Assembly: GCA_004431415.1 (NCBI GenBank)
Contig: QPMI01000227.1
Location: forward strand, 1 to 64,000
Direction of reading: 5' to 3'
DNA from: Cyanophora paradoxa CCMP329
Lineage: Eukaryota; Plantae; Glaucophyta
Length of the DNA: 64,000 bases
A program made the position numbers and the translations under genes. Under the pieces are notes generated by a model. It was not told where the DNA came from. It did not search any database and saw nothing but the letters and a program-made list of their open reading frames with translations. Positions 23,506-36,366 of the stretch are shown one piece after another (within the stretch, counting starts at the first letter, position 1; each line of letters begins with the position of its first letter).

Positions 23506-25603
23506 ATGTCGGTGGCAGCGACGCAGGAGACGCTCGGCAAGATCATCAAAAAGCCGAAGCTCACCGATAATCTCCTCAGCAAGCCGCCATTCCGGTTCTT
23601 ACACGACATCGTCTCGGAAGTAACGCGGGTTACGGGCTTCGCCGAGGGCCTGTACACTGCAGACGAGCTCGACTCGCAAAATATCAAGGTGCCGGAGAGC
23701 TAGCTATTCTTCCTATCCGTCTCGCGCCAGTCCAGAAGCTAACGCGCACGGCCACAGGACAAGGATGCCAAAGTCAACTACTTGAACAAGATCATCGACT
23801 GTGTTGGCATAGCGCTCGGCCAGAATGTGCCAGCGAAGCCTCTCAAGATTGTTGCTGGTCTGGAGCCTGAGGCGACGAACAGCTTCCTGCAGATGCTTGC
23901 CCAAGCTTGCCAGCTTTCCGCCGACGTCAGCCGCAACTGCGTGCAGCGAGTGCTTGGGGGAGAGCATATGCCGGCCGCAGGTGCTGCTCCTGCTGCCGCG
24001 CCTGCTCCTGCTCCCAAGGCGGCTCCGTCAAAGAGGTAGGCGCGGACGCCGCCCATTGAACTCCTCGGCCGCTGAATGGAAACACAGCCCGCCTCCGGAA
24101 CCAGCTGCACCCGCCCCTGCAAGGCAGTCGCCCTCTCCGCACCCTGCAGCCGAGCCACCGGCCCCCGCAGCGCGGTCGACGCCGCCTGCTGACGAGCAGC
24201 CTGCGGCGCCTCCGCGTGCGAGCTCCCTCCCGAAGTCCAGCTCCAAAAAAGAGCCCCCGCCGTGAGCTCAACTTCGCTGTGCTCGCTGCGCCTCGGACTG
24301 AACGCGGCGCCGCAGGAACATCGACGACCAGCCCGTTGCCGCCGCCAAATCGGCCCCGACCCGGCCGTCGCAACGTAAAGAGCCAATGTGCGCTGCCCGC
24401 ATCTAGTGTCTTTCTGGCGCAGGTCTGACGTAGGAGCAGAAACATTGACGAGCAGCCTGTGCCGGCGGCCGGCGGGGTGGCGAAGCGGGCCCCATCAAAG
24501 AAGCCGGCGCCCTCGGACGACGACCTGGCCGCAGAGAAGCCGGCGGCGCCCGAGCCTCCGGCGGCAGCAGGTGAGTGGCGCGGGAGCGGCGGGCGTGCAC
24601 GGGCCCCGACAAAGCGGCGCAGAGGCGGACGCGGCAGAGGTTACACGCAAGCCTCGCAACATGGAACGCCCGACGACCGCGCGCCGCGCCCCGCCGAAGC
24701 TCCCGACGAACGTGGTGCCAGCCGAGCAGACGAAGCCTGCCGCCAAGGCCGCCGATCCCGCCAAAGCCGCTGGGCAAGCCCCCCCCCCCCCCCCCCCCCC
24801 TCTCCCGCCGCCGTAGCGAGGGGCACAGCTAATGCGGGGCGCAGGGCGGCGGCGCCCGCAGTGGCGGCAGGCGTGATTGTAGAGGGGCAGGGCAAGGACG
24901 ATGACGACGACGACGGGATCGTGATCGCCGCCGTGGCGCCGGTGCGGGCCCCGCCCGCCACGGAGCGCGCGAGACCCGACGCGGGGCGGCAGATCACTGC
25001 CGGCCTCTCGACGACCGGGGGCGCGGAGCAGGAGCGGGGGCAGCTGGCGCAGAAGCTCTATGAGGCGAACAAGCAGCTTGTGGAGACGAAGAAGGAGGAG
25101 AAGGGGGACGGCGGCATCGTGCTGCGCAAGGCGCGCGGCAAGGACGACCGCGCCGCGTACGGAAACGAGGTCCAGAAGCTGCGCGAGTCGATACAGGCTC
25201 TCACGCAGAACATCAATCCCCTGGGCAAGTGTATGGACTACGTCTCGGTGCGCGGCGCAGGGGCGGGGCGGGGCGGGGCGGGCGCCGGCGCGACGGGGCG
25301 CGCAGGAGGACTTCGACAACATGAGCAAGGAGCTGGAGCAGTGGAAGCAGATGCGGACGCGGATGGCAGCGCGCTACGAGGAGGAGGTCAAGACGACGGA
25401 GCAGGAGCTGGGCCCCCTGACCGCCGCCCTCAAGGAGGTCGATCTCCAGATCAAGGAGCAGCAGCACAAGGCGCGGGGCCCGCCCCTTCGCCGCCCTCGC
25501 CCCCCTCACCGGCCCGCAGATCGCCTCCATGAAGGGCCAGATCCTCCGCAACGACGCCACCATACAGAAGCTCATCCAGACCGTCGTCTCCTCCTCCCAC
25601 TAG
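23506..25603 (+). CDS. IFT54: intraflagellar transport protein 54 (TRAF3IP1/MIP-T3)
   Basis: [56 protein letters not shown]-terminal coil [27 protein letters not shown]. Confidence 0.94.
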
Positions 25604-25800
25604 GCCGCCCCCGTCCCGCCCCGCCGCGCCCAGGCGCGCGCATCACGTTGTACACAGGAGTTCAATTCCTATTAACAGTATCGCGAAATGGGTAGCGTGA
25701 TAGATGCGACCAGGTCGGCGAAGAACAAGGCACTGCAAAGTCTGCAATTACTTTTCTGTTACATTAAAAGGGGCATGGCCCACTAGGGCCATGGAAAAAC

Positions 25801-28800
25801 TCAAAAAGGCAGCGGTTCGGGGGCCTCGGCGGCGGCCAAGGTGGCGAGGCAGGCGGCCGGGGGGCTGCGGCGGGGCTCGGGGCCGATGGCGGTGCGGGCC
25901 TCCTTGCGGGCCCGGAGGGCGACCGAGGCGGCCTCAGGGAGGAGGACGCTCTCGGCCCCCGAGGCGCCCCGGCTGCGCGTGCGCTCGCGCCCGCGCCCGC
26001 GCCCTAGCGAGCCGTTCATCTTCGGCGAGCTCCGCGGTGTCCGCGTGCCAGACCGCGGCGAGGCGCCCTCCGCGGGGGCGCCCGGCGCGCTGCCTCCGTG
26101 GCCCCGGGGCGAGGGGCCGTCGGCGGGGCGGGGGCGGGGCTTGAGGGCGGGGTGCTCGGCGGGGTGGCGGGGCCGGAGCTGGGGGCTCGAGGAGGAGGAG
26201 GAGGACTGGTCTGAGTGGGCGGCCGAGCCCGGGCAGGACGAGGAGGAGGTCGCCAGGGGCGGCCCCAGGCAGGCCCCAGCAGCACCCTCCTCCCCGCCTT
26301 TCTTCCCTTTCTTCTTGCCCGCCGGCTGAAGGGCGAGGGCGCCGGCGGCGGGGGGTCGCGGGGCGCTGGTGCGCGCGTGGCCTCCCTCGGAGCCGCTCGA
26401 GGAGATCCAGTCGTGCGGGCCGCCCGCCTCGCTCTCGTCCCCCTCGCCGCCCTCCGTCGCCTCGTCCACCGTGCTCGCCGACCGCCGCCGACCTTCAGCC
26501 GCTGCCCCCGCCGCCTCGTTTCCCGAGTCCGCGGCGCCCGCCCCCGCCTCCGCCGGAGCGCCATCTCCGGGTGCCGTCTCCACGGCCTGCCCCGTCGGCG
26601 CGCCCGCCCCTTCGCCGCCGCCAGCCTCCGGTGACGTAGAGCTATCGGATGAAGAGGCCTGGGCGCCGGGGGCATCTGAGCCTGGGACCTCGCGGCGAGG
26701 CTCCTCGGCGCGAGGCTCCTCAGGGCCGGGCGCCTCTGTGGCAGAAGCATCGGGGCCGAGGGCGTCTGGGCCGGCGGCCTCGGCGGCCTCCGCCTCCTCC
26801 TCGGCCTCGGCCTCGGGGTCGGCCTCGGGGTCGGCCCAGGGCTCGGCGGGGATCGGGGGCGGGGCGAAGACGGAGTAGATGGCGGTGGGGTCGGACTTGG
26901 CGGGCCCGCTGAGGATGGAGAAGGCGCGCTGGAACTCGGCCCGCAGGCATATGTCCGTGTACTCGCTGCGCGCCCGTCGGCCCCCGCCCCGCGGTCCCGC
27001 CCCGCCGCGCGGCGCGGAGCACCTGATACCCCACGCAAGGTCGACGTTCGGGTTGTTCGGGTCCTCGATCGAGAGCGCGTCGGGGTGGTCGTCGCGGAGC
27101 CAACCCTTACTCTGCGCCCCCTCCTCAGGCCCCACGGCGGTGGCGGGGGGGGGGGGGGGGGGGGGGGGGGGGTCGGGGGCTGCGGCGGGGGCGGGGGCGG
27201 GGGCGCACGGTCTTGAGGATCCAGCGGCGCTGGTCGACAGAGGCGACGGAGCGGGGCGGGCGAGAGGTGTATATGAGGAAGAAGTTGGTGAGGACCTCGT
27301 AGATTGAAGTGCTGTTCCGCAGGTGCGGTTGCTGCGCGCTCCGTCAGGATCCCCTCCCGCGCGGCCCGCGCCCCGGCCCGCGCACGTTCAGGCAGAAGAC
27401 CGCGAGGACCACCCAGGCGTAGGAGCCGATCCCGCCCTGCCGCGAGTCCGGCAGCATGCGGCACGCCGCCCACCACTTGATGAGGCGCGCCAGCTTCTTC
27501 AGCATCGGCGTACGTGCCTACGTGCCACGCTCAGCGCGAGCTCCCGGCTCCGCAGGCCCCGGGGTCGCCGGGGAGGAGCGCACGGCGATCTTCTGGATGC
27601 GCTGCGTGTTGCGCAGGCCGCTCGTCTCGTTGAAGCAGAGATCCGCCTCGTATCCGTGATGGTCCACGATCTTGATGATGGGAATCTGAAAAGAAGGGAT
27701 CAGAGCAGGGACGAAAACGAGAAACGATGGCGACGAACCCGAGCCTCCCTGATCGGATAGGCCTGGCCGACGTTTGCGGCTTCCAAAACAGGGAGTGCGG
27801 CGTCCAGGAGGCAGCGCGGATCCGGGATGAAAGGGAAGAGAACACACATGTCGATGTCGCTCCCGTCCAGATCCAAGCCCGTGAAGGTCGACCCGTACGT
27901 GTGCACCTGTGCGGAAGATGACCACGTATGAGCTCGAATTCTTTTCCCACAGGAAGACGCACTGTGCAAGTCGGGAAGGCGGCCTGCAAGGCCTTGCTGA
28001 CGTCCATAAGCAGGCGCTGCCGGCCCGAGTAGGTTTCGATGGCGGGTGAGATCTGGTGAAGAAGATCGTCTAGCGCCGCATCTGCGCAGAGGACGCTCGT
28101 GAGACGGGCGATCAAACGCGCGCAGGGCCATGACGGCGATCATACCCTGGGGACCAACTTCCGTGCGGCGGGGCCTGAAAAGCTCACTTCAGACGGATAG
28201 ATAACACACAGAATGGTTGCGGTAAAGCGTGGTTACCGGCTGGCGGCGGCGGTCTTCTTTGGCCCCCATGCGTTGGCACCCGAGGGCCCGAGCCGTGGGG
28301 CCGCCGCGCCGCCGCGGTAGGCCGGCGCAAGATTGCCAAAGGCTTCTCTCCCATCAGAGTAACCAAGATCGCCACACCCGTCTGTGGCTGGCGCGGCCTC
28401 AGAACTCGTGACATCCGCAGGGGACGCCCCCGGGGCGCTACTGGGCTGTATGGACATTGAATTTGCGGCTATAACCTGCGCATGCAGAAGCAAAAGCATA
28501 AGGCAACAAAAGCAGAAGCAAAGCAGGTGAAAAAGAGACGCACCGGTATTCCGACGCTTCCTCATCCGCACGCAAACCGCACGCCAGCTTAGGCTGCACA
28601 CCCGGGTGCAGCAGTCGATCGCGGCGATGAGATCACTGCCGGTGGTTGCAGCTCGCTGAAGGTGGCTCAAGAAATCTGGTACCCCAACAGTGCCCAAGAA
28701 CCAAGGTCCTGGAAAAGGATAGCCACGGCAGCCCTGCCAGCTGAAATGCGTGCTTCGATTTTTGTTCTCTGTGTGCTGGTGCGCACCCCGGCTACGCGCC

Positions 28801-28960
28801 TTTTGGAGTTAGATACGCCCTTCCCGTCCGACGCGCGGAGCTTGATCTGGAACGAGACGTTGACGCCGAAGCGCCGAAGCGCCCGCAGCGCCGCAGCGCC
28901 GAACTGCGCCTGCGCCTCTCGTCCGACGGTCAGATCGTCGGAATTACGATGCCAATAGCT
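25801..28960 (-). CDS. non-canonical poly(A) polymerase, Trf4/PAPD5-like; 5' end unresolved
   Basis: YGSTFTGLDLDGSDIDM (nucleotidyltransferase GS..DxD), IPIIK..ADLCFN..SGLRNT, GGIGSYAW, LSIEDPNNPNVDL. Confidence 0.8.
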
Positions 28961-29344
28961 CACTACGGGGAATTACGATGCCAAATGGTCAGATCGTCGG
29001 AATTACGGTCAGATCGTCGGAATCAGATCGTAATCATTGCTCCATAGCTCACCTGGCCCGCGATACTAAGTAGCCCCCTAAGAGTCCGATCGTAATTCTG
29101 ATAGCAATTCCCACGGTACTTGGCCCGGCGGCCCCTCTAATGTGCTTCTTTCCGCAGGAACATCGCGCTGCGCTTCTTCTCCGGCGTGGACGCGGGGCGG
29201 AGGATGAAGCCCGTGCGGCTCGCCCCGCTGGGGCCGCCCCCCTCTCCTGCACCGGCTGCCCCGGCGGCACCCGCTGCCCCGGCTGCAGACCCCTCGGGCT
29301 CGTTGCCCGCAGGCCCCTCTAGCCCCCCCCCCTCCCCATCGTAG

Positions 29345-29721
29345 TTTGTAGGAACCCCAGGGGGAAGTTGCGCGCCCCCCTTCAGAGGGCCCTGCCTGCG
29401 TCGTCCGCGGCTTCTCGCCCCCGTAGTTAGCACCGCCGCTTCTAGCCTGCGTTGTCCGCGGCTAATATGCCAGTGTTACCAATGTGCAAAGCCCGCCTCC
29501 GACCGCGTCGCTGTCCTCGGGGCTGGAAGTGCCCGTGCGCGTGCACCTCGGGGCTTTGCATCCAGGTGCGCGTGCGGCGACCGATCTATTGCGCATTTAT
29601 AACACGGGCATACTAGCTGTACGCAAGAGCTAGAAGCGGCGGTGCCATCTACGGGGCGAGAAGGGCCCAACGCAGACAGGGCCTTCTGAAAGGGGGCACG
29701 ATCCCCCTGGGTTCCTACAAA
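29345..29721. mobile_element. MITE-like element with ~100-bp imperfect terminal inverted repeats
   Basis: 29345-29452 (TTTGTAGGAACCCCAGGGGG...GCACCGCCGCTTCTAGC) matches the reverse complement of ~29621-29721; no coding capacity. Confidence 0.7.
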
Positions 29722-29853
29722 GCGCTATATAGCTACTATTACTATTACGATTAATTTATATAGCTACAAAGCGCTTTCACGTGAATTAGCTGCTAAGCTA
29801 TTGCGACTACGATTTCACTTATCTATGGGTACCACAGCTCGCCCCTGTACCAG

Positions 29854-30758
29854 CCGCGCTCGCGCCGCCGAGGAAAGTCGAGGTTCAAGTGTACGGCATG
29901 TCGAAGTGTCCAGACTTCAAGGTAGGTAATGCTCTTATATGCAAAATGATTCAGTGCATCCGCTCTAGATATCGATCTGCCTGCATACAAGCCTTGAAGG
30001 CTAAGGTCTAATAATGCGCAGGATTTCGTTGATTGGTTCCTGCCAATCTGGAAGCAATTGGATACGATTGCGGAGCTGCAGGTAGACTACATTCTTCAGC
30101 GGGACGAGAGCGCGCCTCTGGGCTTTGCGTCGAAGCATGGCGAGGTGCGCCGCGTGGGGGCAGGAGGGCGGGGGCTGGGGCTGGGGCGACGGGGCGGCAG
30201 ACGGAGGTGCTGGGGGACGTGGTGGAGCTGTGCGCGCAGTCGGTGATGGAGCCGGCGGTCTTCTACCAGTTCCTGCGCTGCCTGGACGCCAACCTCGCCG
30301 CCATCCCCAGCAACGCCGACGCCTGCGCCGGCGACCTCGTCGAGGCCCGCCCCCCGCCGCGCCGCGCCCGCCCCCTCCAGCCTGGCAGCGCCGCCCTTGA
30401 CGGTCCCGCAGAAGCTCGGCGAGTGCACGATGGGTCCTCGCGGGCGGGAGCTCCTCGCCGCCTCCGCCGCCCGCGCGAGCCGGGCCGGCGCAACCTGGTG
30501 GGCGCGGCGCGAGGCGCGGCGGGCGGGGGCTGACGGTGCCGGGCGCGCAGGTCGCCGACCATCGCGCTGAACGGGGCCTTCTATTGCAAATTTCACGACA
30601 CCTGCTTCGAGGGGCGCGCCCCCGATCTGGTCGCCAAGATCTGCGAGCTCTACGGGCCCGCCCCGGACCTCCCCGACGCGTGCGACCAGGTGCGGCGCTC
30701 CGCCCTCGATCGCTGCCCCGCAGGCCTCCCGCACACCGCGCCCCAGGTCGGCCGCTGA
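29854..30758 (+). CDS. GILT-like thiol reductase; first exon not identified
   Basis: KVEVQVYGMSKCPDFK|DF, SKHGE|TEVLGDVVELC, SPTIALNG, KICELY..PDAC. Confidence 0.7.
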
Positions 30759-31240
30759 GCTCGAGGCCACATCCCCGCCCCCGCTCCTTCCGGGTCCCCG
30801 CACGGCACACAGAAGGAAGCGTGCACACGCTAATTGTTGGAGACTTCTACAGCCTCTTGTTTTGTTGGAGACATCGACAGCCTCTTATTATCCAAGGACA
30901 CCGAAGGCAGGGGAGCTCAAGGGCGCAAACTGAGGGCAGGGGTTCCGCAGTTTGCCACAGCCTCGCCCGATCGATCTGGGAGGCGCCGCCTCGGTGGCGT
31001 GTGGTCGGCCAGCGAGGCGCCGGAGCGCCGGAGCGAGGGGCGACGGGGAGGGCATCGGGGCGCCGCTCGGCGGGCCTCGATGCGCGGCGGCAGCTGGTGC
31101 CCCGCAGTCCTCAAGCACGGCGAAGGGGCCGCTCACGCGCTTCGCAGCGGCGCCGTCGCTCTCTACGGGCCTCGCGGCCCCGCGGCGGCTGCCGGGGCCG
31201 GAGGGGAAGGGGGGAAGGGAGTGGGGCGGGGAGGGGCCGG

Positions 31241-31880
31241 TCAGGTGCCGAAGGGGGCGGCGGAGGGGGACGGGGCGCGCTGCTGGAGGAGCTCCCAGAG
31301 GGAGGGCGGCGCGCCCTGCGCCCCCGGCGCCGGGGGCAGTGCGATGGCGCCCCACGAGAAGGGCGCCGGGCCCAGCGCCGCCCCCGCCGCCCCGAACGGC
31401 CGCTCGATCACGCCGTTCGCCGCCGGCCTGCGCGGGGTCGGGCCTCGGGCGAGGCGCGGCGGGCGGGGAAGGAGCGGGGCGCGCACGGGGCCCCGAGGGC
31501 GGGCAGCTCGGCGTCCCGGGCCGGGTCGAGGGCCCCGCCGGGCACCGCGGGAGGGGCCAGCGCTCGGCGTCGGCCTCGGGGCCCGGGGCGGCGGGCGGCG
31601 GGAGGCCCCAGACGGAGGAGGAGGCAGAGCCGAGGAAGAGGCCAGCCACGGCGGGGCCGGCAGCAGGGGCGCCACGGGGCCCGCCCCGGGGGCAGGCGGC
31701 GCCGCCGCCGCGGGGCGGAAGACGATCACCTCCTCGTCTTCCGCCGGCTCCCCCGCCCCGCCCGCCTCCCCGGCCCGCCCCTCCTCAGGCCGCCCCTCCT
31801 CCGCGGACCCCGCCGGCAGAGGCCCAGCCGCCCCGGGCGCTGCAGCCGGTGCGACGCTAGAGATCGGAGCGGCGGATGCA

Positions 31881-31912
<32 letters not shown>

Positions 31913-34490
31913 GGAGGCGGCGGCGGCGGCAACCGTCTCGGGCAGGGGGCCCGTGAGGGCGGAGGTGTAGGAGGGGAGAGCGCCGACGGGGCGCCCCCCG
32001 ACCTCGGCGCGCAGCGCCGGCTGCTCCGCGGCGGGCGACGCACGGTGAAGGATCGCCACCGGCATTCCCCCCTCCTTCCTCAGCAAGCCCACAGCCGTCG
32101 CCGCCGCCGCCGCCGGCTGGGGCGGCCGCGCGGCGGATACCGCACCGACGGGCGGAGTCCTGGCGAGGCCGGGCTGGCGCGGGGCGTCGGGGGAGTAGAG
32201 AATTCCAGCAGGTCGCGGGGCGTCGGGGGAGTAGAGGGTGCCGGTGGGCGGGCGGGGCGGGGCGGCGGGCGTGCGGGGCGGGGCCGTTGGCGGGGGCACG
32301 GGCGGGGCCGGGGGCCGCGGGGGCGGTGAAGTCGCCCGAGGCGGCGTCGAAGGCGAGCAGCTGCGCGCCGTCACGCGCCGCCCAGCGCCCCGCGCCCCGC
32401 CCCCCGCCCGCACCTCCTCGTGGCCCCGCGCGTCAGCGCCAGCGCCCACTCCCGCAGCGCCGCCGCCCGCCGCGCCGCCGCCGCCGACGGCGGGAGCTCG
32501 CCGGGGGCGCCGGGCGCGGCGGGCGCGAAGAGGTGCACGAAGCCGCGGAGCTCGACCTCCTCGGGCAGGGCGGCCTCCGCTGCGGGCCCCGTCAGGCCCC
32601 GCCCCGCGCGGCGAAGCGAGCGCGTGGGGGCGGCGCCTGCGGGGGACGGCAGCTCGAGCCGGCCAAGGCGGTTGAGAAGGGGGGCGAGGGCGCCCCAGAA
32701 CTGCTGCCGCGCCCGCGCCTGCACGCCCCACAGGTCGGCGGCGCGGCCGACAAGAGACAGCGCGCAGGGCGTACCTCGGCGGGATCGGGGGCGGGGGAGT
32801 CGGGGCGGAGGAAGCGGGGGTGGGCGCGGAGCCAGGAGGCGGCGAGGGAGAGGGGGAGGAGGTGGCGGGGCGCAGCGAGAGCGCCGCACGAGGCGGCGGC
32901 GGCTTGCGCGACGGCCGCGAGACTGCCGAAGAGGAGGGCGAGGGCGGCGGGGAGGGAGGCCACGCCCCGCGCCGCGGCCCGGGGCTCCGGGGCCGCGGCG
33001 GCGGCGCCGGGGCGGCGGCGTGGACGGAGAAGAAGGCGGCAGCGGTGGCGTGGAGGAGGAAGGTCTCCTCGGGAGGGCCCCCAGGGGCAGCAGCGCCGCC
33101 AGCTCCCGCAGGGACCCCTCCGCGAGCCCCGCGTACCCCTCCATCGCCCGCGTGTACAGGCACCCGTGCACGCGCACCAGCCGCGCCCCCAGCGCCCGCG
33201 CCCGCTCCTCCGGCCGCTGCCGCTGCACCCCACTTCGCCGGCGTCGCGGGCGGCGGGGGCGGGGGCGGAGGCGACGCACGGCGGGGTTGGCGGGAGGCAT
33301 GGCGGCGACCTTGAGGCGGTTCTGCGGGGGGTGAGGAACGGGGCGGGGGCGGGGCGGGACGGGGGCGCCTTCTCGAAGAGGAGGGCGAGGTTCTCCCGCG
33401 AGGTCGAGAACGGCGCCGCCGAGGCGCACGAGCGCATGTACCTGCCCCGCGTCGCCCCGCGCCCCGCGCCCCGCGCCCCGCGCCCTGGCCGCCGCCGGCG
33501 CACCGGTACATCGCCTCGAGGTCCTCCTCCTGAGGCGTGTCACGCGCGCAGCCGGGCGGCGGGCGGTGCGGGGCGCACCCGGTATGTCGCCAGCACCGCC
33601 AGCTTTACGCCGCTCGTCAGTCGCGCCCCCGCAGCCGCGTGCGGGGTGCGCGCGGGGGAGGGTTCCGCACCTGGTTGTGCGGGTTGCCTGCAGGGCGGCC
33701 GGTCAGCCGGGCGGGGCGGGGCGCGTGCGAGGCGGTCGAGAGGGGGGCGCGCCGTTGGCAGGGTTGAGCTGGAGGGCGGCGCGGTAGAAGGCGGCGGCGG
33801 GGAGCCAGTCGGGGGGCTTCTGAGTCCCGTAGAGGCCCCGGTAGCGCTCGAGGTCGCCGAGGAAGATGCACATGCGCCACGTCGCCTCGACGCCGGCCCC
33901 GCGCCCCTCGCTCGAGTACGCATTCGCGAAGGGCAGCGACTGCACGCTCACGTCCCCCGGCGGCAGCGCCACCGAGAGCCCGTACCTTGCGCGGCGAGGG
34001 GCGGAGCGTCGGGCCGCGCGGAGCGCCCGCGCAGCGGGAGACGCACATCTCGCTGAAGGTCTGCACGAGGACGCGGTAGTAGCGAGAAGCTTCCGCGATG
34101 GTGGCGAGGAACTCGGCCATCTCCTTGCCCTGGCCTTCGGCCGGGGCATCACGGCGAAGCCTCTTTCGGTACTCATCGATCGCCCGATAGAACACCTGAC
34201 GGACAGCGAAATGAGCGCTAGCGCCGAAGCCGCTACGTTGTGGGGACACCTTCCACGTCGCCTGGACGATCTCCTTCGTGAGAGCGAACGCCGGGTCCGA
34301 GACCAACAGCGTGGAATACGCATCCAGCAGCGCGGAGCGCTGGCGATGAACGTCTGCAGGGTCGGAGGCCGCGCGGAGGGCGCTTTCGAGCTCCTTGACG
34401 CTGTTCCCAAACGCGCGTGCATTAGCGCGCGGCGGCCGGGGCGCAAATTTAACAGCTCGATCACCGCCTCAGGCGCGTATCTGCATCCAT
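31241..34490 (-). CDS. SMG7/EST1-family NMD factor; 3' end approximate
   Basis: TWK|VFYRAIDEYRKR, CIFLGDLERYR, AAAFYRAALQLNPANG|NPHNQLAVLA, YMRSCASAAPFSTSRENL; Pro-rich tail, no PIN domain seen. Confidence 0.82.
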
Positions 34491-34718
34491 CTCTCAGATC
34501 ATCACTTGGAGAGGCTCCTTGCTGCAGCTGGGGCTGCAGCTGCACCCCTCAGGCCGTACCCCTGCTTGAGCTTGCCAGCCTTGCCAGCCTTGCCTTGCCC
34601 AAGCCGTCGTAGCCTTTCCCGAGCCTTGTCGACGTTTGGGGCTCACCAAGTCCCAGCCGGAGCACCGCCCTAGCGCGGCCCAAAAGCCGCACGCTAGTTC
34701 GCAGCAGCGGCCTGAGAG

Positions 34719-35767
34719 ATGGTGAAGATCACAAGCTCTTTCATCAAAGTGCGCTTGCAGTTGCCGCCCGTAGTGCTGCGCTCTGAACTGGACCGCCCAG
34801 CGTTTCCACCTGGATCGCAAGCACAGGCTACTCAACTGCCGCAGCGTGCTCGAAATTCATGAGTTCTTTAACTGCCTGGACATCCGAGACCTGGGGGTTA
34901 GCGCATGCGCTGCACCTGCGCTCTCCACGCACCAGGCCAGGCTAACCACGCCCCCGCACCCAAACCTGCGCACCCAGGCTATCGACGACGTGCAGTTTCT
35001 CGCATTCATGAAAGCATCGACAGATCTTCCGGAAGCTCAGATTTACAAGGTCCGGCCGACTGGCAACGCAGCACCGCATGATATTCACTGTTCTCCCCTG
35101 CAGGTGTTCGACATGTTCGACGTCGATGACTCTGGGTCGATTGAATTTGACGAGTTCTACCTGCTCTTTTGCATGCTTGTCGCCATCAAAGTTAGCTGGA
35201 GCCGCACTCTGTAATCGGTGTGCCCTGCCTACTCAAACATCGTGCAGGACAAAGAGGAGAAGCAGTTCATGTACTGCCACTCCCGCACGTGCTTCGAGCT
35301 GCTTGATGAAGATGGCTCGAAGAGCGTGGGTATTCCCGAATTCCAGCGCTTTGGTTTCGTTTTCAACTTCTCCAAGTCTGCCACAAATCAAATTTTCAAA
35401 GAGTTCGATGTGGACGGAAGTAAGGTGAGGCTGTGAATTTCAAGTTCTTTAGAAATCTGTCCAACTGCCCATGTCAGGAACTTGATTACGAAGAGTTTCG
35501 TATGTTCACTCTGGCAGCAATCGACAAGCAGCAGGTACTCTTTTGTACTGCTATTCAAGAGTGTTCAAGTTTGCTTGCCCCCTGTGCATCCAACACGACA
35601 TCAGGAAATCGAGAATCAAAAGGAGCAGGCGAGGCTAGCACGAGCAAGGCGAAAGGCCATGCTCCAGGTTCGTCATTCATGTAGCTGCTCCTCACAACTC
35701 ATGTCTCCTTGTACAGGCGATGGCAAGGGCATTGATCCCCTCTCAATCTCACTGTACACTCATGTAG
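34719..35767 (+). CDS. EFCAB9: EF-hand protein, EFCAB9-like
   Basis: SFIK|RFHLDRKHRLLNCRSV, IDDVQFLAFM..TDLPEAQI..VFDMFD..GSIEFDEFYLL, QFMYCHSRTCFELLD, FKEFDVDG..LDYEEF; collinear with recalled animal EFCAB9. Confidence 0.78.
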
Positions 35768-36288
35768 GTTGGACATGTGTGATTCGTATCATCATTATAA
35801 TATTCCCAGTGTTCAGACGATTTTTCAATTTTTCAAGGGTTCGAATTCCAGCTCCTCTAGTGCCTCCCCCCCCCCCCCCCTCCCCCCCCCGCCCCCATTC
35901 TCATCCTCCCTCGTTGCATAATCACTTCTGAAGCGACGGTGCTTAAGCTTCACTATCTGCAAGAACAATTGGCATCCTTAAGACGGTCCTTGGCATCTAG
36001 TTTCTATAGCTATAGCTAGAAACTATTTGTTTTTGTGTTCTATATCTAGATCTGTGCTTATGCATGCGCAAGAAACGAAAGCGGCAGGACACTCCGACAT
36101 GTACATGCACGGAGAGGGAACGGAGGGTGAATGCGTATACATAGCTATAGTTATCCCCCAGCGCAATCCACGGCACTGCACAGCATCCGCTGGAGGGCCT
36201 TTGAGGGCCCCATCGAACGACGCCGCTCCCGCGATAGATGGCAATGGCCATGCCAGGCTGCAGCTGGGCGCTCGGCCTGCAGCCCAGC

Positions 36289-36366
36289 ACGAGCGGAGGA
36301 CACGAGTAGGCCCCCGGGCCAGGAGTGTCTGCCGCGGCGCGCAATGAGCTGGCTGCTCTCCCAGGC
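36289..36366 (-). repeat. 78-bp inverted copy of 63477-63554
   Basis: identical by eye to the reverse complement of GCCTGGGAGAGCAG...CCTCCGCTCGT. Confidence 0.9.
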
